Shown here: one piece after another, positions 29,102-39,404 of the stretch
Layout of the letters: each line of letters opens with the position of its first letter
How positions within the stretch are numbered: position 1 is the first letter of the stretch
Assembly: GCA_031265515.1 (NCBI GenBank)
Contig: JAISCN010000028.1
Coordinates: 1 to 60,570, forward strand
Length of the DNA: 60,570 nucleotides
Direction of reading: 5' to 3'
Source: Clostridiales bacterium
GTDB taxonomy: Bacteria; Bacillota; Clostridia; Lachnospirales; CAMVHY01
Made by a program: the position numbers and the translations under genes
The notes under the pieces: model-generated
Seen by the model: only the letters and a program-made list of their open reading frames with translations
What the model was told of the DNA's origin: nothing
The model's database searches: none

Positions 29102-30085
29102 TTAAAAAAAACTTTTACTCAAAATAAATATAGATAGAACACAAGTAATTGCCGTAAAAATATAAAAAAACGATACTATCTTAGTCTCACGCCAACCCGA
29201 TAATTCAAAATGATGGTGCAGTGGCGTCATCTTAAAAATTCTTTTGCCATGCGTTATTTTAAAAAATAATACCTGAATTATAACAGACAAAGTTTCCGTA
29301 ACGAAGACTATTCCTGAGATTGCTAAAAAAATTTCTAAGTTTAATATTATTGATGCTGACGCTAAAAATGCACCTAATGCTAGTGATCCGGCATCACCCA
29401 TAAAAACTTTTGCAGGATAAAAATTAAATAATAAAAAACTTAATAAACTGCCTGTTAATGCGCTTGTCATCAAATAGATCGGAGAATTTAATTTTAAAGC
29501 TGCGTATGTAAAGAATATTGATAATAAAACAGTTATACCTGCTGCTAAACCATCTAAACCATCTGTTAAATTAACTGCATTTGAAGATCCGATTAATATA
29601 AAAATTATTATTGGCACAAAAAAATATTTTGAGTTCCAAAAAAAATTTGTAAATGGAATTTTGATTAATCTTAAATTTTTTTCTGGTAGGAGCAAATTAG
29701 ATAAAATTATAAAAATTACAGAAAATATTATTTGCATTAAAAGTTTTTGATAAGCACGAAGACCAAGAGATCTCTTTTTTGTAATTTTGATAAAATCATC
29801 AAGAAAGCCTATCAATCCAAAACTAAGAGTAGTTAATAAAATTAAAATATTTTCTGGATTTTTTCGCAAAAAAAATATTGTTGATAAAAAAAGACTTAAT
29901 AAAAATATCAAGCCACCCATTGTGGGGGTATTTGTTTTTTTCAAGTGAGATTTGGGGCCACAATCTCTTATGGATTGACCAAATTTTAAAATTCGTAAAT
30001 ATTTTATAAATAATGGTGATATAATTAAATTTATTATAAAACTCAAAATTGTAATATAAATTAGATTTATCCTATGAATGGCCAA
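29102..30085 (-). CDS. mraY: phospho-N-acetylmuramoyl-pentapeptide transferase
   Basis: 327 aa. 'PTMGG', 'NAVNLTDGLDGLA', 'GDAGSLALG', 'PLHHHFE'. Confidence 0.93.
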   Translation of the reverse strand: MAIHRINLIYITILSFIINLIISPLFIKYLRILKFGQSIRDCGPKSHLKKTNTPTMGGLIFLLSLFLSTIFFLRKNPENILILLTTLSFGLIGFLDDFIKITKKRSLGLRAYQKLLMQIIFSVIFIILSNLLLPEKNLRLIKIPFTNFFWNSKYFFVPIIIFILIGSSNAVNLTDGLDGLAAGITVLLSIFFTYAALKLNSPIYLMTSALTGSLLSFLLFNFYPAKVFMGDAGSLALGAFLASASIILNLEIFLAISGIVFVTETLSVIIQVLFFKITHGKRIFKMTPLHHHFELSGWRETKIVSFFYIFTAITCVLSIFILSKSFF

Positions 30086-30197
30086 GCACTCCTAATAATC
30101 AATTATTATAATGCTTTCGAGATAATATTACTTATTAAATATTTAAAATCATTAGATAAATCACTTAACTTCTTTGCGTGTATTTTTTAGTATTATC

Positions 30198-31040
30198 TCA
30201 TTCAATGATATTTAATTGAATTAACTTTGCTTTAATGCAATTGTTTATCAACATCGCAATTGTCATTGCCCCTACGCCTTTCGGAACAGGCGATATACTA
30301 TGTGCTTTTTCTATACATGAGTCAAAATCTATGTCTCCGCATAGTTTGTTATTTTCATCTCGATTTATTCCTACGTCTATTAATACGGAATTGCGTTTTA
30401 TAAAATCTTTTTTTATAAACTTTGCTTTTCCTATTGAAGAAATGATTATATCTGATTTGCGAGTTATTTCAATAAGATTTTCGGTTTTAGAATGACAAAC
30501 AGCAACTGTAGAATTTGCATTTAGCATTAAAGCCGCAACAGGTTTTCCAACGTCGATACTACGTCCCAAAACAGCACAATATGTTCCGCTGATTTTTATA
30601 TTATAAAATTTTATTAACTCTAAAATTCCTAACGCTGTACATGGAATTAATTTCGGTTTTTCTAATATTAAAGCACCAATATTAAATGGATTAAATCCAT
30701 CGACATCCTTTTTTGGATCTATGTTTTGCATTATTATAGTTTTATCGATGTGATCAGGCAAAGGCAATTGCACAAGTATGCCTGTTATTTTATCATCTAA
30801 ATTTAAATTATTAATTAAATTTAATAATTTTTCTTGCGAAATATTTTCATCAAGCTTGAATAGCTTAAAATCGATTCCGACATAATCGCAGGCTATTTTT
30901 TTATTTTTTATATAAACCTTAGAAGCGTAATTATCACCAATCAAAATAACTGATAATAAAATCTTTAATTTTTTTTTTTCTATTTCTTTTTTTGATTTAT
31001 CTTTTATTTTTTTTGCTATATCCAAAGCATAAAGTATCAA
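30198..31040 (-). CDS. folD: bifunctional methylenetetrahydrofolate dehydrogenase/cyclohydrolase
   Basis: 280 aa with TTG start after GAGG. 'ASKVYIKNK', 'GILVQLPLP', 'GRSIDVGKP', 'PVPKGVGAMT'. Confidence 0.92.
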   Translation of the reverse strand: MILYALDIAKKIKDKSKKEIEKKKLKILLSVILIGDNYASKVYIKNKKIACDYVGIDFKLFKLDENISQEKLLNLINNLNLDDKITGILVQLPLPDHIDKTIIMQNIDPKKDVDGFNPFNIGALILEKPKLIPCTALGILELIKFYNIKISGTYCAVLGRSIDVGKPVAALMLNANSTVAVCHSKTENLIEITRKSDIIISSIGKAKFIKKDFIKRNSVLIDVGINRDENNKLCGDIDFDSCIEKAHSISPVPKGVGAMTIAMLINNCIKAKLIQLNIIE

Positions 31041-31135
31041 AATAAAACCTCAAAACTTGACACTGTATTATTTAGTTAATTTCGTCTATAATTTTTTTCT
31101 TAATTTTTTTACTCAAATTTGAAACAACTAAATTT

Positions 31136-31270
31136 TTAAACAGATATTTTTTTTCTGTGCTTAAGACGTCTATTGCGTAAAACTCTTCGTCCTCCAGGAG
31201 TTCGCATTCGTTTTAAGAAACCATGAACTCTTTTTCTATGACGATTATTTGGTTGAAAAGTTCTTTTCAA
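31136..31270 (-). CDS. rpmH: 50S ribosomal protein L34
   Basis: Not in the ORF track (44 aa). The reverse strand reads TTG-AAA-AGA-ACT... = (M)[43 protein letters not shown], the canonical L34 sequence. Confidence 0.93.
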   Translation of the reverse strand: MKRTFQPNNRHRKRVHGFLKRMRTPGGRRVLRNRRLKHRKKISV

Positions 31271-31442
31271 GGCGAATACCTCTTTTTGATTTTATATGAA
31301 ATTTTTTATAACTCAAGTTTGTCACAAAAAAAATATAAAAATAAAAAAGTTTTTTGATTTAGAGAAATTTAATTTTTTTAATAAATTTGACATAAAAAAA
31401 AAATATGAAAATAAAAATAGATAAATTTTATTGGGTGACATA

Positions 31443-32066
31443 GTGAAAAAAATCATATGTTTTTTAGTTTTTATTATATTTCTTAGTAGTGGTTGCTCAA
31501 TAAAATTTAATAAGAGCGAAAATATTTATAGAAAAATAAATTCGCGATTGATAAAAATGAAAACATACGAAGCACAGGCTGATCTGAAATATATATCCAA
31601 CAAAAATATAAATACTTACGAAGTTGATATGTATTGTGATGTTAATGGACCATATAAGATAAAAGTTTTGTCACCTGAAAATTCCGCTGGAAACACAACT
31701 GTATTCGATGGAAAATATATTTATCAATATAATTCTAAGATTAATTCATGTATTAAAACAATTACAAAAGAAACTTCTGAAAGAAGTGAAATATTTTTAA
31801 GCAATTTTATTAAAAATTATAATCATTCGATGGATTCATCTGTTAGTCATTGTAATATAGAAAAGAAAATGTGCACTGTACTTGAAACAAAAATCCCACA
31901 AGAAAATAATTATTTAAATTCAGAAAAATTATTCATAGATAATAAAACACTCAATCCTATTAAACTAGTCATTTTTGATAAAGACAATCTAGAAAGAATT
32001 ATAGTTAGATTCAATAGTTTTAAATACAACGTTAATTTTAAATCTAGTACTTTTAAATCAAAATAA
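31443..32066 (+). CDS. lipoprotein, possibly LolA/GerS-like fold
   Basis: From GTG 31443: 'MKKIICFLVFIIFLSSGCS', a signal peptide with lipobox L-S-S-G-C. The mature part is beta-rich. The track's TTG 31431 start adds 4 residues. Confidence 0.65.
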   Translation: MKKIICFLVFIIFLSSGCSIKFNKSENIYRKINSRLIKMKTYEAQADLKYISNKNINTYEVDMYCDVNGPYKIKVLSPENSAGNTTVFDGKYIYQYNSKINSCIKTITKETSERSEIFLSNFIKNYNHSMDSSVSHCNIEKKMCTVLETKIPQENNYLNSEKLFIDNKTLNPIKLVIFDKDNLERIIVRFNSFKYNVNFKSSTFKSK

Positions 32067-32115
32067 TTAAAAGATATTTGTATATAAAGTTATTTTGCAC
32101 TTTTTATCTATTATA

Positions 32116-33000
32116 TTAGGTGTTCATTTCTGGATCTTTAAAAATAGTTTTTTTTGTGATAAGTAATGATGCTGCTAAAAAAACACATACACAAATAGGT
32201 ATAATAATCGGTATTGAAAATTTTGACATAATAAAATACCAAGATAAACTTGATATTAATCCCGTAATGATCAAAACTAAAATTGATATATCAATAACCA
32301 ATCTTTTATCAATTGAATTTTTCTTCTTTGGATTTTCTTTTTTTTGTTGAGATAAACAGCGCGAGTCTTTATATAAGTTTGGTATAGAATAACCATACAT
32401 ATTCTTAAAATTATTATAAATCAAACGAATTGAATAATTTTCAGGTAAATATGTGATGTCATCTGTTTTCGGATTTTTAATTTGTTCTTGAGCATCATTA
32501 AGATTGAAATATATTTGGAGCATCGATAATTCGCTTTTGGAAATGTGACTATAGAACATCAAATTAATCTGATAATTCAATGCATCTAACCAACCTAACA
32601 TACTATAAGTACACATTTGTGTTTTAGCACTGAGTTCGTCAATGATATCACAATTAGTATTGATATACGATGCTAATTGTAGTATAAAAATTAAAAAACA
32701 ATAATAATGTGCGATTTCTTCTTTAATTTTATCATCAAGATCTGGTGTTGTAGCGTTTATTTGCGAAATTACGTATTCTATATCAGGCTTTATGTGATAA
32801 ATAATAAGAGAATCAGATTTAGCTTTTTCCGAATCTATAAAACTATTTATTTTTATTTGATTTTTTTCGAAAAAGTCACATAACTCTGATATAAATTCAA
32901 GGCAATTATATTCTTTGTGAACATTAAAAAAAAGATTTAACCGACTTTCTTGAATATAATTTTGCAAATTTGTTTTTAAAATAACGATCACCTCTTTCAA
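32116..33000 (-). CDS. orphan protein with a C-terminal bilobed hydrophobic hairpin anchor (family member by architecture)
   Basis: 294 aa, no signal peptide. Cys/Tyr/Phe-rich N-domain. A basic stretch 'QQKKENPKKKNSIDKR' is followed by 'LVIDISILVLIITGLISSLSWYFIMSKFSIPIIIPICVCVFLAASLLI' (nt ~32158-32304). Tail 'TKKTIFKDPEMNT'. TTG start is uncertain. Confidence 0.7.
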   Translation of the reverse strand: MKEVIVILKTNLQNYIQESRLNLFFNVHKEYNCLEFISELCDFFEKNQIKINSFIDSEKAKSDSLIIYHIKPDIEYVISQINATTPDLDDKIKEEIAHYYCFLIFILQLASYINTNCDIIDELSAKTQMCTYSMLGWLDALNYQINLMFYSHISKSELSMLQIYFNLNDAQEQIKNPKTDDITYLPENYSIRLIYNNFKNMYGYSIPNLYKDSRCLSQQKKENPKKKNSIDKRLVIDISILVLIITGLISSLSWYFIMSKFSIPIIIPICVCVFLAASLLITKKTIFKDPEMNT

Positions 33001-33210
33001 ACGCTAAATAATATAAAAAGATTATAGCAAAAAATATTTGAGATAAATTAATATATTTTTAAAAAAACTTGAATATTAGATTTAATTTCTATCTAGTATG
33101 TTTTTTATTTAATTTGAAAAAGATATTATGAATTGTCAGCACAATTAATGAGTATTAATAAAAATAAATAAAAAATATATTAGATATAAAAATTAACAAC
33201 AGGTGTTTTT

Positions 33211-34548
33211 TTGCGAGGTTTAAATCTAAAAAATAAAAACATTTTAATATACGGGTTAGGCGTTTCTGGCAAAGCAGCATTTGATTTAATTAAATCACAA
33301 AACTCGAATATTTTTTTATATGACAATAAGATCGATAAGTTTAAAAATATAAAAATCATAAAAAAAATAGATTTTTTAATTAGTTTATTAAATTCATTAG
33401 ATTTGATTATCGTAAGTCCAGGAATTAGTTTAGATAACGTTTTTTTTAAAACAGCAAAAGAAAAAAAAATTAAAATATGGTCTGAAATAGAATTAGCATA
33501 CAATATGTGCGAGAATAATTTTATTGCTATCACAGGAACAAACGGAAAAACAACCACAACAAGTGTAGTTGGCAAAATAATAAAAAATATAGATATAAAT
33601 TCTCAGATTGCAGGAAATATAGGCGTTGCACTTTCAAAAAGTATTTTAAATATAAAAAACAAAAAAAGTTTTATTGTCGCTGAGATAAGCAGTTTTCAAC
33701 TTGAAAGCATAGAAAAATTTAAACCAAAAATAAGTGCAATATTAAATATAACACCAGATCATTTAGATAGACATAAAACTTTTGAAAATTATGCAAGAGA
33801 AAAAAAAAAAGTATTTAAAAATCAAGATAAAAATGATTTTTTAGTAATCAACTATGATGATTTTGAGTGTAGAAAAATTTACGATAATCACGAAAGCAAA
33901 TCAAAGATTGTTTTTTTCAGCACAAAAAAAGTAATCAATGATGGGGTTTATTTTTTAGATAATTATATCTATTTTAAAGAGAAAAAAATTTTATCATGCG
34001 ATGAAATAAATTTACTAGGAATGCATAATATTTCTAACATATGCGCTGCTATAGCTATTTGCTTTTGCGCCAATATAGATATAAAAATTATTTGTAATGC
34101 TATTAAAAAATTTAAAAATATAGAACATAGATTAGAATTTGTTAGAAAAATAAATAAAATTAAATTTTATAACGACTCTAAAGCGACGAATATAGATTCA
34201 GCTTGTACAGCTCTTGAAGCTTTCAGAGATAAAAATATAATTTTAATTGGTGGAGGATATGATAAACATGTAGATTTTTATGATTGGATTAATAAAATTA
34301 AAGAAATAAAAGTTAAGTACTTAATATTAATAGGTGAAACAAAAAATAAAATAAAAAATCAATGTGAAGAATTAAATTTTAAAAATTATTTACTTTGTGA
34401 AAGTTTTGAACAAGCTATCAAAAAATCTTTTGATTTAGCAATTAGCAAGGATTGTGTTTTATTGTCTCCAGCATGTGCGAGCTGGGATATGTTTGATAAT
34501 TATGAGCAACGTGGAAATATTTTTAAAGATTTAGTAAATAAATTTTAA
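33211..34548 (+). CDS. murD: UDP-N-acetylmuramoylalanine--D-glutamate ligase
   Basis: 445 aa with TTG start. 'GLGVSG', 'ITGTNGKTTT', 'NITPDHLDRH', 'NDSKATN'. Confidence 0.93.
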   Translation: MRGLNLKNKNILIYGLGVSGKAAFDLIKSQNSNIFLYDNKIDKFKNIKIIKKIDFLISLLNSLDLIIVSPGISLDNVFFKTAKEKKIKIWSEIELAYNMCENNFIAITGTNGKTTTTSVVGKIIKNIDINSQIAGNIGVALSKSILNIKNKKSFIVAEISSFQLESIEKFKPKISAILNITPDHLDRHKTFENYAREKKKVFKNQDKNDFLVINYDDFECRKIYDNHESKSKIVFFSTKKVINDGVYFLDNYIYFKEKKILSCDEINLLGMHNISNICAAIAICFCANIDIKIICNAIKKFKNIEHRLEFVRKINKIKFYNDSKATNIDSACTALEAFRDKNIILIGGGYDKHVDFYDWINKIKEIKVKYLILIGETKNKIKNQCEELNFKNYLLCESFEQAIKKSFDLAISKDCVLLSPACASWDMFDNYEQRGNIFKDLVNKF

Positions 34549-34596
34549 CTTACAACTCCAAAAATTTTTCTTTCTCTTTTTCGCATAATATCTTTT

Positions 34597-34801
34597 AAAA
34601 AAATAATTTCTGTTTTTGATAATAACTTTAAAACCAATCGTAAAGACTTGTTTTATTGCGACAAATTACTAAACATAGAAATAAACTCACACAGCGCTAT
34701 TATAATTAAGTCAGTATAATAAAAAATCAACAGAAAAGCTTTATATAAATTCGCAAATCCGAAAACCTTTTTCTCTCTTTTTAAAACAATACTTTTCAAT
34801 G
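34597..34801 (+). repeat. intergenic repeat of about 205 bp, copy A (partner at 41392-41599)
   Basis: Direct-orientation match to copy B, roughly 85% identical by eye, e.g. 'gtttttgataataactttaaaaccaatc', 'acagcgctattataattaagtca', 'ttttctctctttttaa'. No ORF is conserved between the copies. Confidence 0.85.
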
Positions 34802-35081
34802 TTGTCTTGAAATGCGTACAAGTGTTGAATATCTTTTAATAATTCACTCGTATTTATTGCTACTTTCCTGTTTTTAAGCTGTAAGAAATTGCATAGTTTA
34901 ATTAATTATTGTCGATAGCATTATCAACAAATGTCATAACGAAAAAAATTAAAAAAAAATAACAAAAATGACTAAGAGAAAAAACTACGTCCCAAATATA
35001 AGAAAATTTTTTTAATTTTATTTTCTTAATTATTATTTAAATTTTTGCAGATCGATTTATCATTAAAAATACAAAATTCTA

Positions 35082-35663
35082 TTAAAAATTTTTTATAAAT
35101 TTCAAATTTCTTTTTGGTCGTAAACTCTCGGCTTTTACTATGCAATTTACTTTTTCTACTGATTTTTCAATATCATCGTTTACGACTAAATAATCATATT
35201 TATTTATTAATTTAATTTCTTCTCGAGCACGAAACAATCTGTTTTCAATTGTTTCAGGACTATCTGTTTTTCTTTCTATCAATCTTTTAGAGAGTTCTTT
35301 ATAATCCGGAGTTATTAAAAATATTAAAATACAGTTGTCAAATTTTTCTTTTACTTGAAGCGCGCCTATAACGTCTATTTCTAAAACAACATATTTTTTT
35401 TTTTTAATTTGCTGCTCAACGTAAAATTTTGGTGTTCCATAAAAATTTCCACAGAACTGAGCATGTTCTAATAATTTTCCTGAGTCACGCGCAATGACAA
35501 ATTCTTTTTCATTGCAAAAAAAATAATCTATACCGTTTTTTTCTCCATCACGTTTTTTTCTAGTTGTCATAGAAATCGAAAGAGCAAAATTATTTTCAGG
35601 CAATAATTTTTTTACCAGAGTGCCTTTGCCTGAACCCGATGGACCTGATATAATAACAAGCAA
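35082..35663 (-). CDS. gmk: guanylate kinase
   Basis: 193 aa with TTG start after GGGAGA. P-loop 'GPSGSGKGT', 'TTRKKRDGEKNGIDYFF'. Confidence 0.93.
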   Translation of the reverse strand: MLVIISGPSGSGKGTLVKKLLPENNFALSISMTTRKKRDGEKNGIDYFFCNEKEFVIARDSGKLLEHAQFCGNFYGTPKFYVEQQIKKKKYVVLEIDVIGALQVKEKFDNCILIFLITPDYKELSKRLIERKTDSPETIENRLFRAREEIKLINKYDYLVVNDDIEKSVEKVNCIVKAESLRPKRNLKFIKNF

Positions 35664-35945
35664 GTTTAAAAATCTCCCATCAAATTTTCTCTGTGATTTT
35701 TCTTCATGACGATATCCATAAAAAAATTAATAAAAAAAATAATAACTAATAATTCATTAAAAAAATTTCTGAGATATTAAAAATAATCAATATATAAAAC
35801 ATCTCATAAGAATTATTTATTAGATTATTTTCTAAAAAACATTAAAAATTATTTGGATTTTTTTAAAAAATCTTGAAAGTTTTATTTTCTTAATTATACT
35901 TTAAACATAAGATATTAAATAAATTATCCGAAGAGGTAACTAAGT

Positions 35946-36869
35946 ATGTCAGAAATTGATTTGAATAATATAAATTACAAAGTCGAAAATGTTCTACATC
36001 ATCTGCAACCTACCACTTGTAACACAAATGATAGTTCTATGTGTTATTTAAAACTCGGCAATTCAGGTTTTTATGTTGTTAGCAAAGCTCTTTCTGAACC
36101 TCATGAAATAGATAGCAAACAAGAATCACTTGCAAGACAATTGTGTAACGAAATTAGTAGTGTTTTTGAAGAAAATTTTCCAAAAAAAGTAGAAACTTTT
36201 AGAAAAATTGTAGATTTTTATATTGATACACCTAATGAAAATTTGGTATATGAAGATAAGAATATGAAACGTATTGTCGATGCTTATAGTTTTTCTGTTT
36301 TTTTGACTCTGACATTCTTTAGAAATGAACTTAAAACAGATATCGTGGATATTGAGAATTTACGAGCATCATTCTTAATTACAGAGCATTATTTGTATTA
36401 TTCGAGTCTTAAAGATAGTCTCGAAATTGAAGAAAGAAAAGCATTGATACGCAACGATTCAGTTTTTGGTGATTATCTTTGCTTACAGAAATTTAATAAA
36501 TTAAAAAATGAACAACCAAATATTCAAACTCTTATCCAATGGTTGGATATTTCGTTGCTTTCGGGTGTTTTTATTTTTTTAGTATGTGAGTTTCTTCTGG
36601 CGTCCCTGCTATCCTTTAATATAAATTATGGTATAACATATCCAATTTTTGTTACAGACCGTTTTGGCTATGCGTGTTTCACAACGCTAGGTCAGCTTTT
36701 GCCACTTATTACCGCTATTAGTTTCGTATTGGTCGCAGCGATTGTAGGAATTGTAAATTTTATTGTTGATAAAAGATTACATGGCATGACTGAACAACAA
36801 CTTCTCAAAGCGACTAGCCAATCATTCGAAGAATCTTATGGAATTGGTGTTACATGTACATTAGGATAA
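35946..36869 (+). CDS. orphan protein with a C-terminal two-span hydrophobic domain (family member by architecture)
   Basis: 307 aa with RBS GAAGAGG, no signal peptide. TM1 'ISLLSGVFIFLVCEFLLASLLSF' and TM2 'CFTTLGQLLPLITAISFVLVAAIVGIVNFIV' (nt ~36549-36767). Tail of about 33 aa. Confidence 0.7.
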   Translation: MSEIDLNNINYKVENVLHHLQPTTCNTNDSSMCYLKLGNSGFYVVSKALSEPHEIDSKQESLARQLCNEISSVFEENFPKKVETFRKIVDFYIDTPNENLVYEDKNMKRIVDAYSFSVFLTLTFFRNELKTDIVDIENLRASFLITEHYLYYSSLKDSLEIEERKALIRNDSVFGDYLCLQKFNKLKNEQPNIQTLIQWLDISLLSGVFIFLVCEFLLASLLSFNINYGITYPIFVTDRFGYACFTTLGQLLPLITAISFVLVAAIVGIVNFIVDKRLHGMTEQQLLKATSQSFEESYGIGVTCTLG

Positions 36870-36916
36870 TTAGACATGTAAAACTAATTAAAATGTTAAA
36901 ATAACCATAAGAAAAT

Positions 36917-37330
36917 CTAATATAAATAAAAAAATAAAAAAACCGAACCAACTATAATAAAAATATCTGCTAAATTAAAAACCGGAAATTTGACAAAACT
37001 AAGTTCTATGAAATCTATTATATAACCTCTAAACAATCTATCGAAAAGATTTCCCAAAATTCCCGAAATAATAACAGTTTCTATAGTTCTTAGTTTACTT
37101 TTTTTTTTGATGATATGATAACTTAAAAGAAATATCGCAGTTATACTTAGCAAAGATAAAAAAATTTTTTGTCCTTTAAAAAAACCAAAGGCCGCTCCGC
37201 TGTTCTCTACATAAGTCAAATTTATTAATCCAAAAGATATTTTTTTCGAGAATTTTAGAAATCTCAAAACAGTTTCTTTTGACAAAAAATCTATAGCAAA
37301 CAATAAAAATACAACACAAAAATATATCAT
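36917..37330 (-). CDS. lspA: lipoprotein signal peptidase (SPase II)
   Basis: 137 aa. 'NSGAAFG', 'GNLFDR', 'FNLADIFI'. The start overlaps the thrS stop (ATGA). Confidence 0.88.
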   Translation of the reverse strand: MIYFCVVFLLFAIDFLSKETVLRFLKFSKKISFGLINLTYVENSGAAFGFFKGQKIFLSLLSITAIFLLSYHIIKKKSKLRTIETVIISGILGNLFDRLFRGYIIDFIELSFVKFPVFNLADIFIIVGSVFLFFYLY

Positions 37331-39048
37331 AATCTCTCAAGAATTTCTTTTTTTAATTTATTTAAAAAATCATCTATTTTAAATTCTTTATTAATTTTAT
37401 CACGCGTTCTAATAGAAATAATATTATTTTTTTCTTCGTTATCTCCTATAATCACGATATAATTAACTTTTTTTAAAATAGCTTCACGAATTTTATATCC
37501 AATTTTTTCTTGTCTGATATCTAATTCTGATCTTATGTTATTTTTTTTTAAATTTTCTTGAATACTTTGTGCATAACTATTAAATTTTTCAGAAATAGTT
37601 AAAATTTTTACTTGCATAGGCGATATCCATAACGGAAAATTTCCTCCATAATGCTCAATTAATATTCCAATGAATCTCTCTACACTTCCAAAAATAACTC
37701 TATGTATCATTATTGGTCTATGTTTTTTATTGTCATTACCAATATATTCCAAATCAAATTTCTCTGGCATCTGAAAATCGAGTTGTATAGTTCCACACTG
37801 CCAATTTCTATTAATACAATCTTTTATGTGAAAGTCTATCTTAGGTCCATAAAAAGCTCCATCGCCTTCATTTATTTTAAAATCTAACTTTTTTTCTCTT
37901 AGCGAAATTTCTAGTGCTTTCGTAGCCTCTTCCCAAGTTAAGTCGTCGCCCATGGAATTTTCCGGTCTCGTAGATAACTCAATAAAAAAATTAAATCCAA
38001 AAATTTTATAAACTTTTGATATTATATCTATAATCTTTTTTATCTCTTCTTGAATTTGTTCTTGAGAAACAAAAATGTGTGCATCATCTTGAGTAAAACA
38101 CCTTGCTCGCATTAATCCGTGTAAAGTTCCGGATTTTTCATGTCTGTGAACCAATCCCAATTCGGCTAATCTAATCGGCAAATCTCTGTATGATTTAGAG
38201 TTTAATTTATATACTAATATGCTGCCTGGACAATTCATAGGTTTAACAGCATTTTCTAAGTCATCTATCTTAGTAAAATACATATTATTTTTGTAGTGAT
38301 CCCAATGACCTGATCTTATCCACAAATTTTTATTTAGTATCAAGGGTGTAGAAATTTCTTGATAATTATTTTTTTCGTGAATTTCGCGCCAAAAATTTAC
38401 TAAATTATTTTTAATTATTTGACCGTTAGGTAAAAAAAATGGCATACCGATGCTTTCATCGCTTAACATAAAAAGTTCAAGTTTTTTTCCTAATTTGCGA
38501 TGATCACGTAATTTTGACTGTTCTAAGAATTCAAGATATTTTTTTAAATCGTTTTCATTGAAAAAAGCCGTTCCATAAATTCTAGTAAGCATTTTGTTTT
38601 TTTCATCGCCACGCCAATACGCACCGGCTAAATTTATTAATTTAAAAGAATTAGGATCAACGTCATTCGTGCTGTTTAGATGTGGTCCACTACATAAATC
38701 TATAAAACTATCTTGACGATAAAAAATAATTTCTGAATCTTCTGGCAAATTGTTTATTAGTTCTACTTTATATGGCTCATTATACATGATTTCAAACGCT
38801 TTTTCGCGACCTAGAGTAAATCTCTCTATCTTATGTGATTCTAAAATTATATCTCTCATAACTTTTTCTATTTTTTCTAAATCACTCAACTCGAAATTTT
38901 TTCCATCAAAATCATAATAAAATCCATCATCCGTCGAAGGACCTATTGCGAGTTTGACTTCAGGATAAAGCCTTTTAACAGCATGAGCCATTATATGCGA
39001 ACATGAATGACGTAAAATTTTTAAATTTAAATTTAAATCGTTACTGAT
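37327..39048 (-). CDS. thrS: threonine--tRNA ligase lacking the N-terminal TGS domain; start probably ATC 39048
   Basis: Class II motifs and the anticodon-binding domain are present. The editing-domain motif 'LRHSCSHIMAHAVKRLYPEVKLAIGPSTDDGFYYDFD' straddles the track's ATG (38991). The frame is open up to the stop at 39049-39051. The only SD (GAAGGAGA, 39058-39065) lies 9 nt before ATC 39046-39048. Confidence 0.9.
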   Translation of the reverse strand: MSNDLNLNLKILRHSCSHIMAHAVKRLYPEVKLAIGPSTDDGFYYDFDGKNFELSDLEKIEKVMRDIILESHKIERFTLGREKAFEIMYNEPYKVELINNLPEDSEIIFYRQDSFIDLCSGPHLNSTNDVDPNSFKLINLAGAYWRGDEKNKMLTRIYGTAFFNENDLKKYLEFLEQSKLRDHRKLGKKLELFMLSDESIGMPFFLPNGQIIKNNLVNFWREIHEKNNYQEISTPLILNKNLWIRSGHWDHYKNNMYFTKIDDLENAVKPMNCPGSILVYKLNSKSYRDLPIRLAELGLVHRHEKSGTLHGLMRARCFTQDDAHIFVSQEQIQEEIKKIIDIISKVYKIFGFNFFIELSTRPENSMGDDLTWEEATKALEISLREKKLDFKINEGDGAFYGPKIDFHIKDCINRNWQCGTIQLDFQMPEKFDLEYIGNDNKKHRPIMIHRVIFGSVERFIGILIEHYGGNFPLWISPMQVKILTISEKFNSYAQSIQENLKKNNIRSELDIRQEKIGYKIREAILKKVNYIVIIGDNEEKNNIISIRTRDKINKEFKIDDFLNKLKKEILERL

Positions 39049-39404
39049 TTAGATCTATCTCCTTCAGAAATTTGTATATCATAATGACAAAATCAATAGA
39101 TAAAAAAATAAAAATTAATGACAAAAAATTTCTAGATATTTGAGATATTTTTCAAAATTAAAATTAAAAAGTTTCATGAATTTAAGATATGACTCAGATG
39201 AAAATAAGTAAAGAAATTAATAAAACTATTATCACTTTGAAATACGTAATATTTTTCTAAATTTTAAATCAGTCTTAATGTTTTATGTCGATTAATTAGT
39301 GATAAGCTTGTCAATTATTTTAACTTTTATTTTTAGTTTTAAAAAATATAAAATTTAAAAAATATGCTATTATTACTTTGATTAATTAATAAAAAGGAGT
39401 AAGC

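Noticed and set aside
31271-31430. Possible oriC next to rpmH. Isolated DnaA-box-like 9-mers were also noted at 5267-5275 (tgtggatat) and 27054-27062 (ttatccacg).
   Set aside because: These are single one-mismatch boxes, one of them inside mfd. There is no cluster, no dnaA gene and no AT-rich unwinding element distinguishable from the background.
33180-33575. 131-aa minus-strand ORF overlapping the murD 5' end.
   Set aside because: It is antisense to a confidently identified murD, the translation is low-complexity, and no SD is present. It is a shadow ORF.
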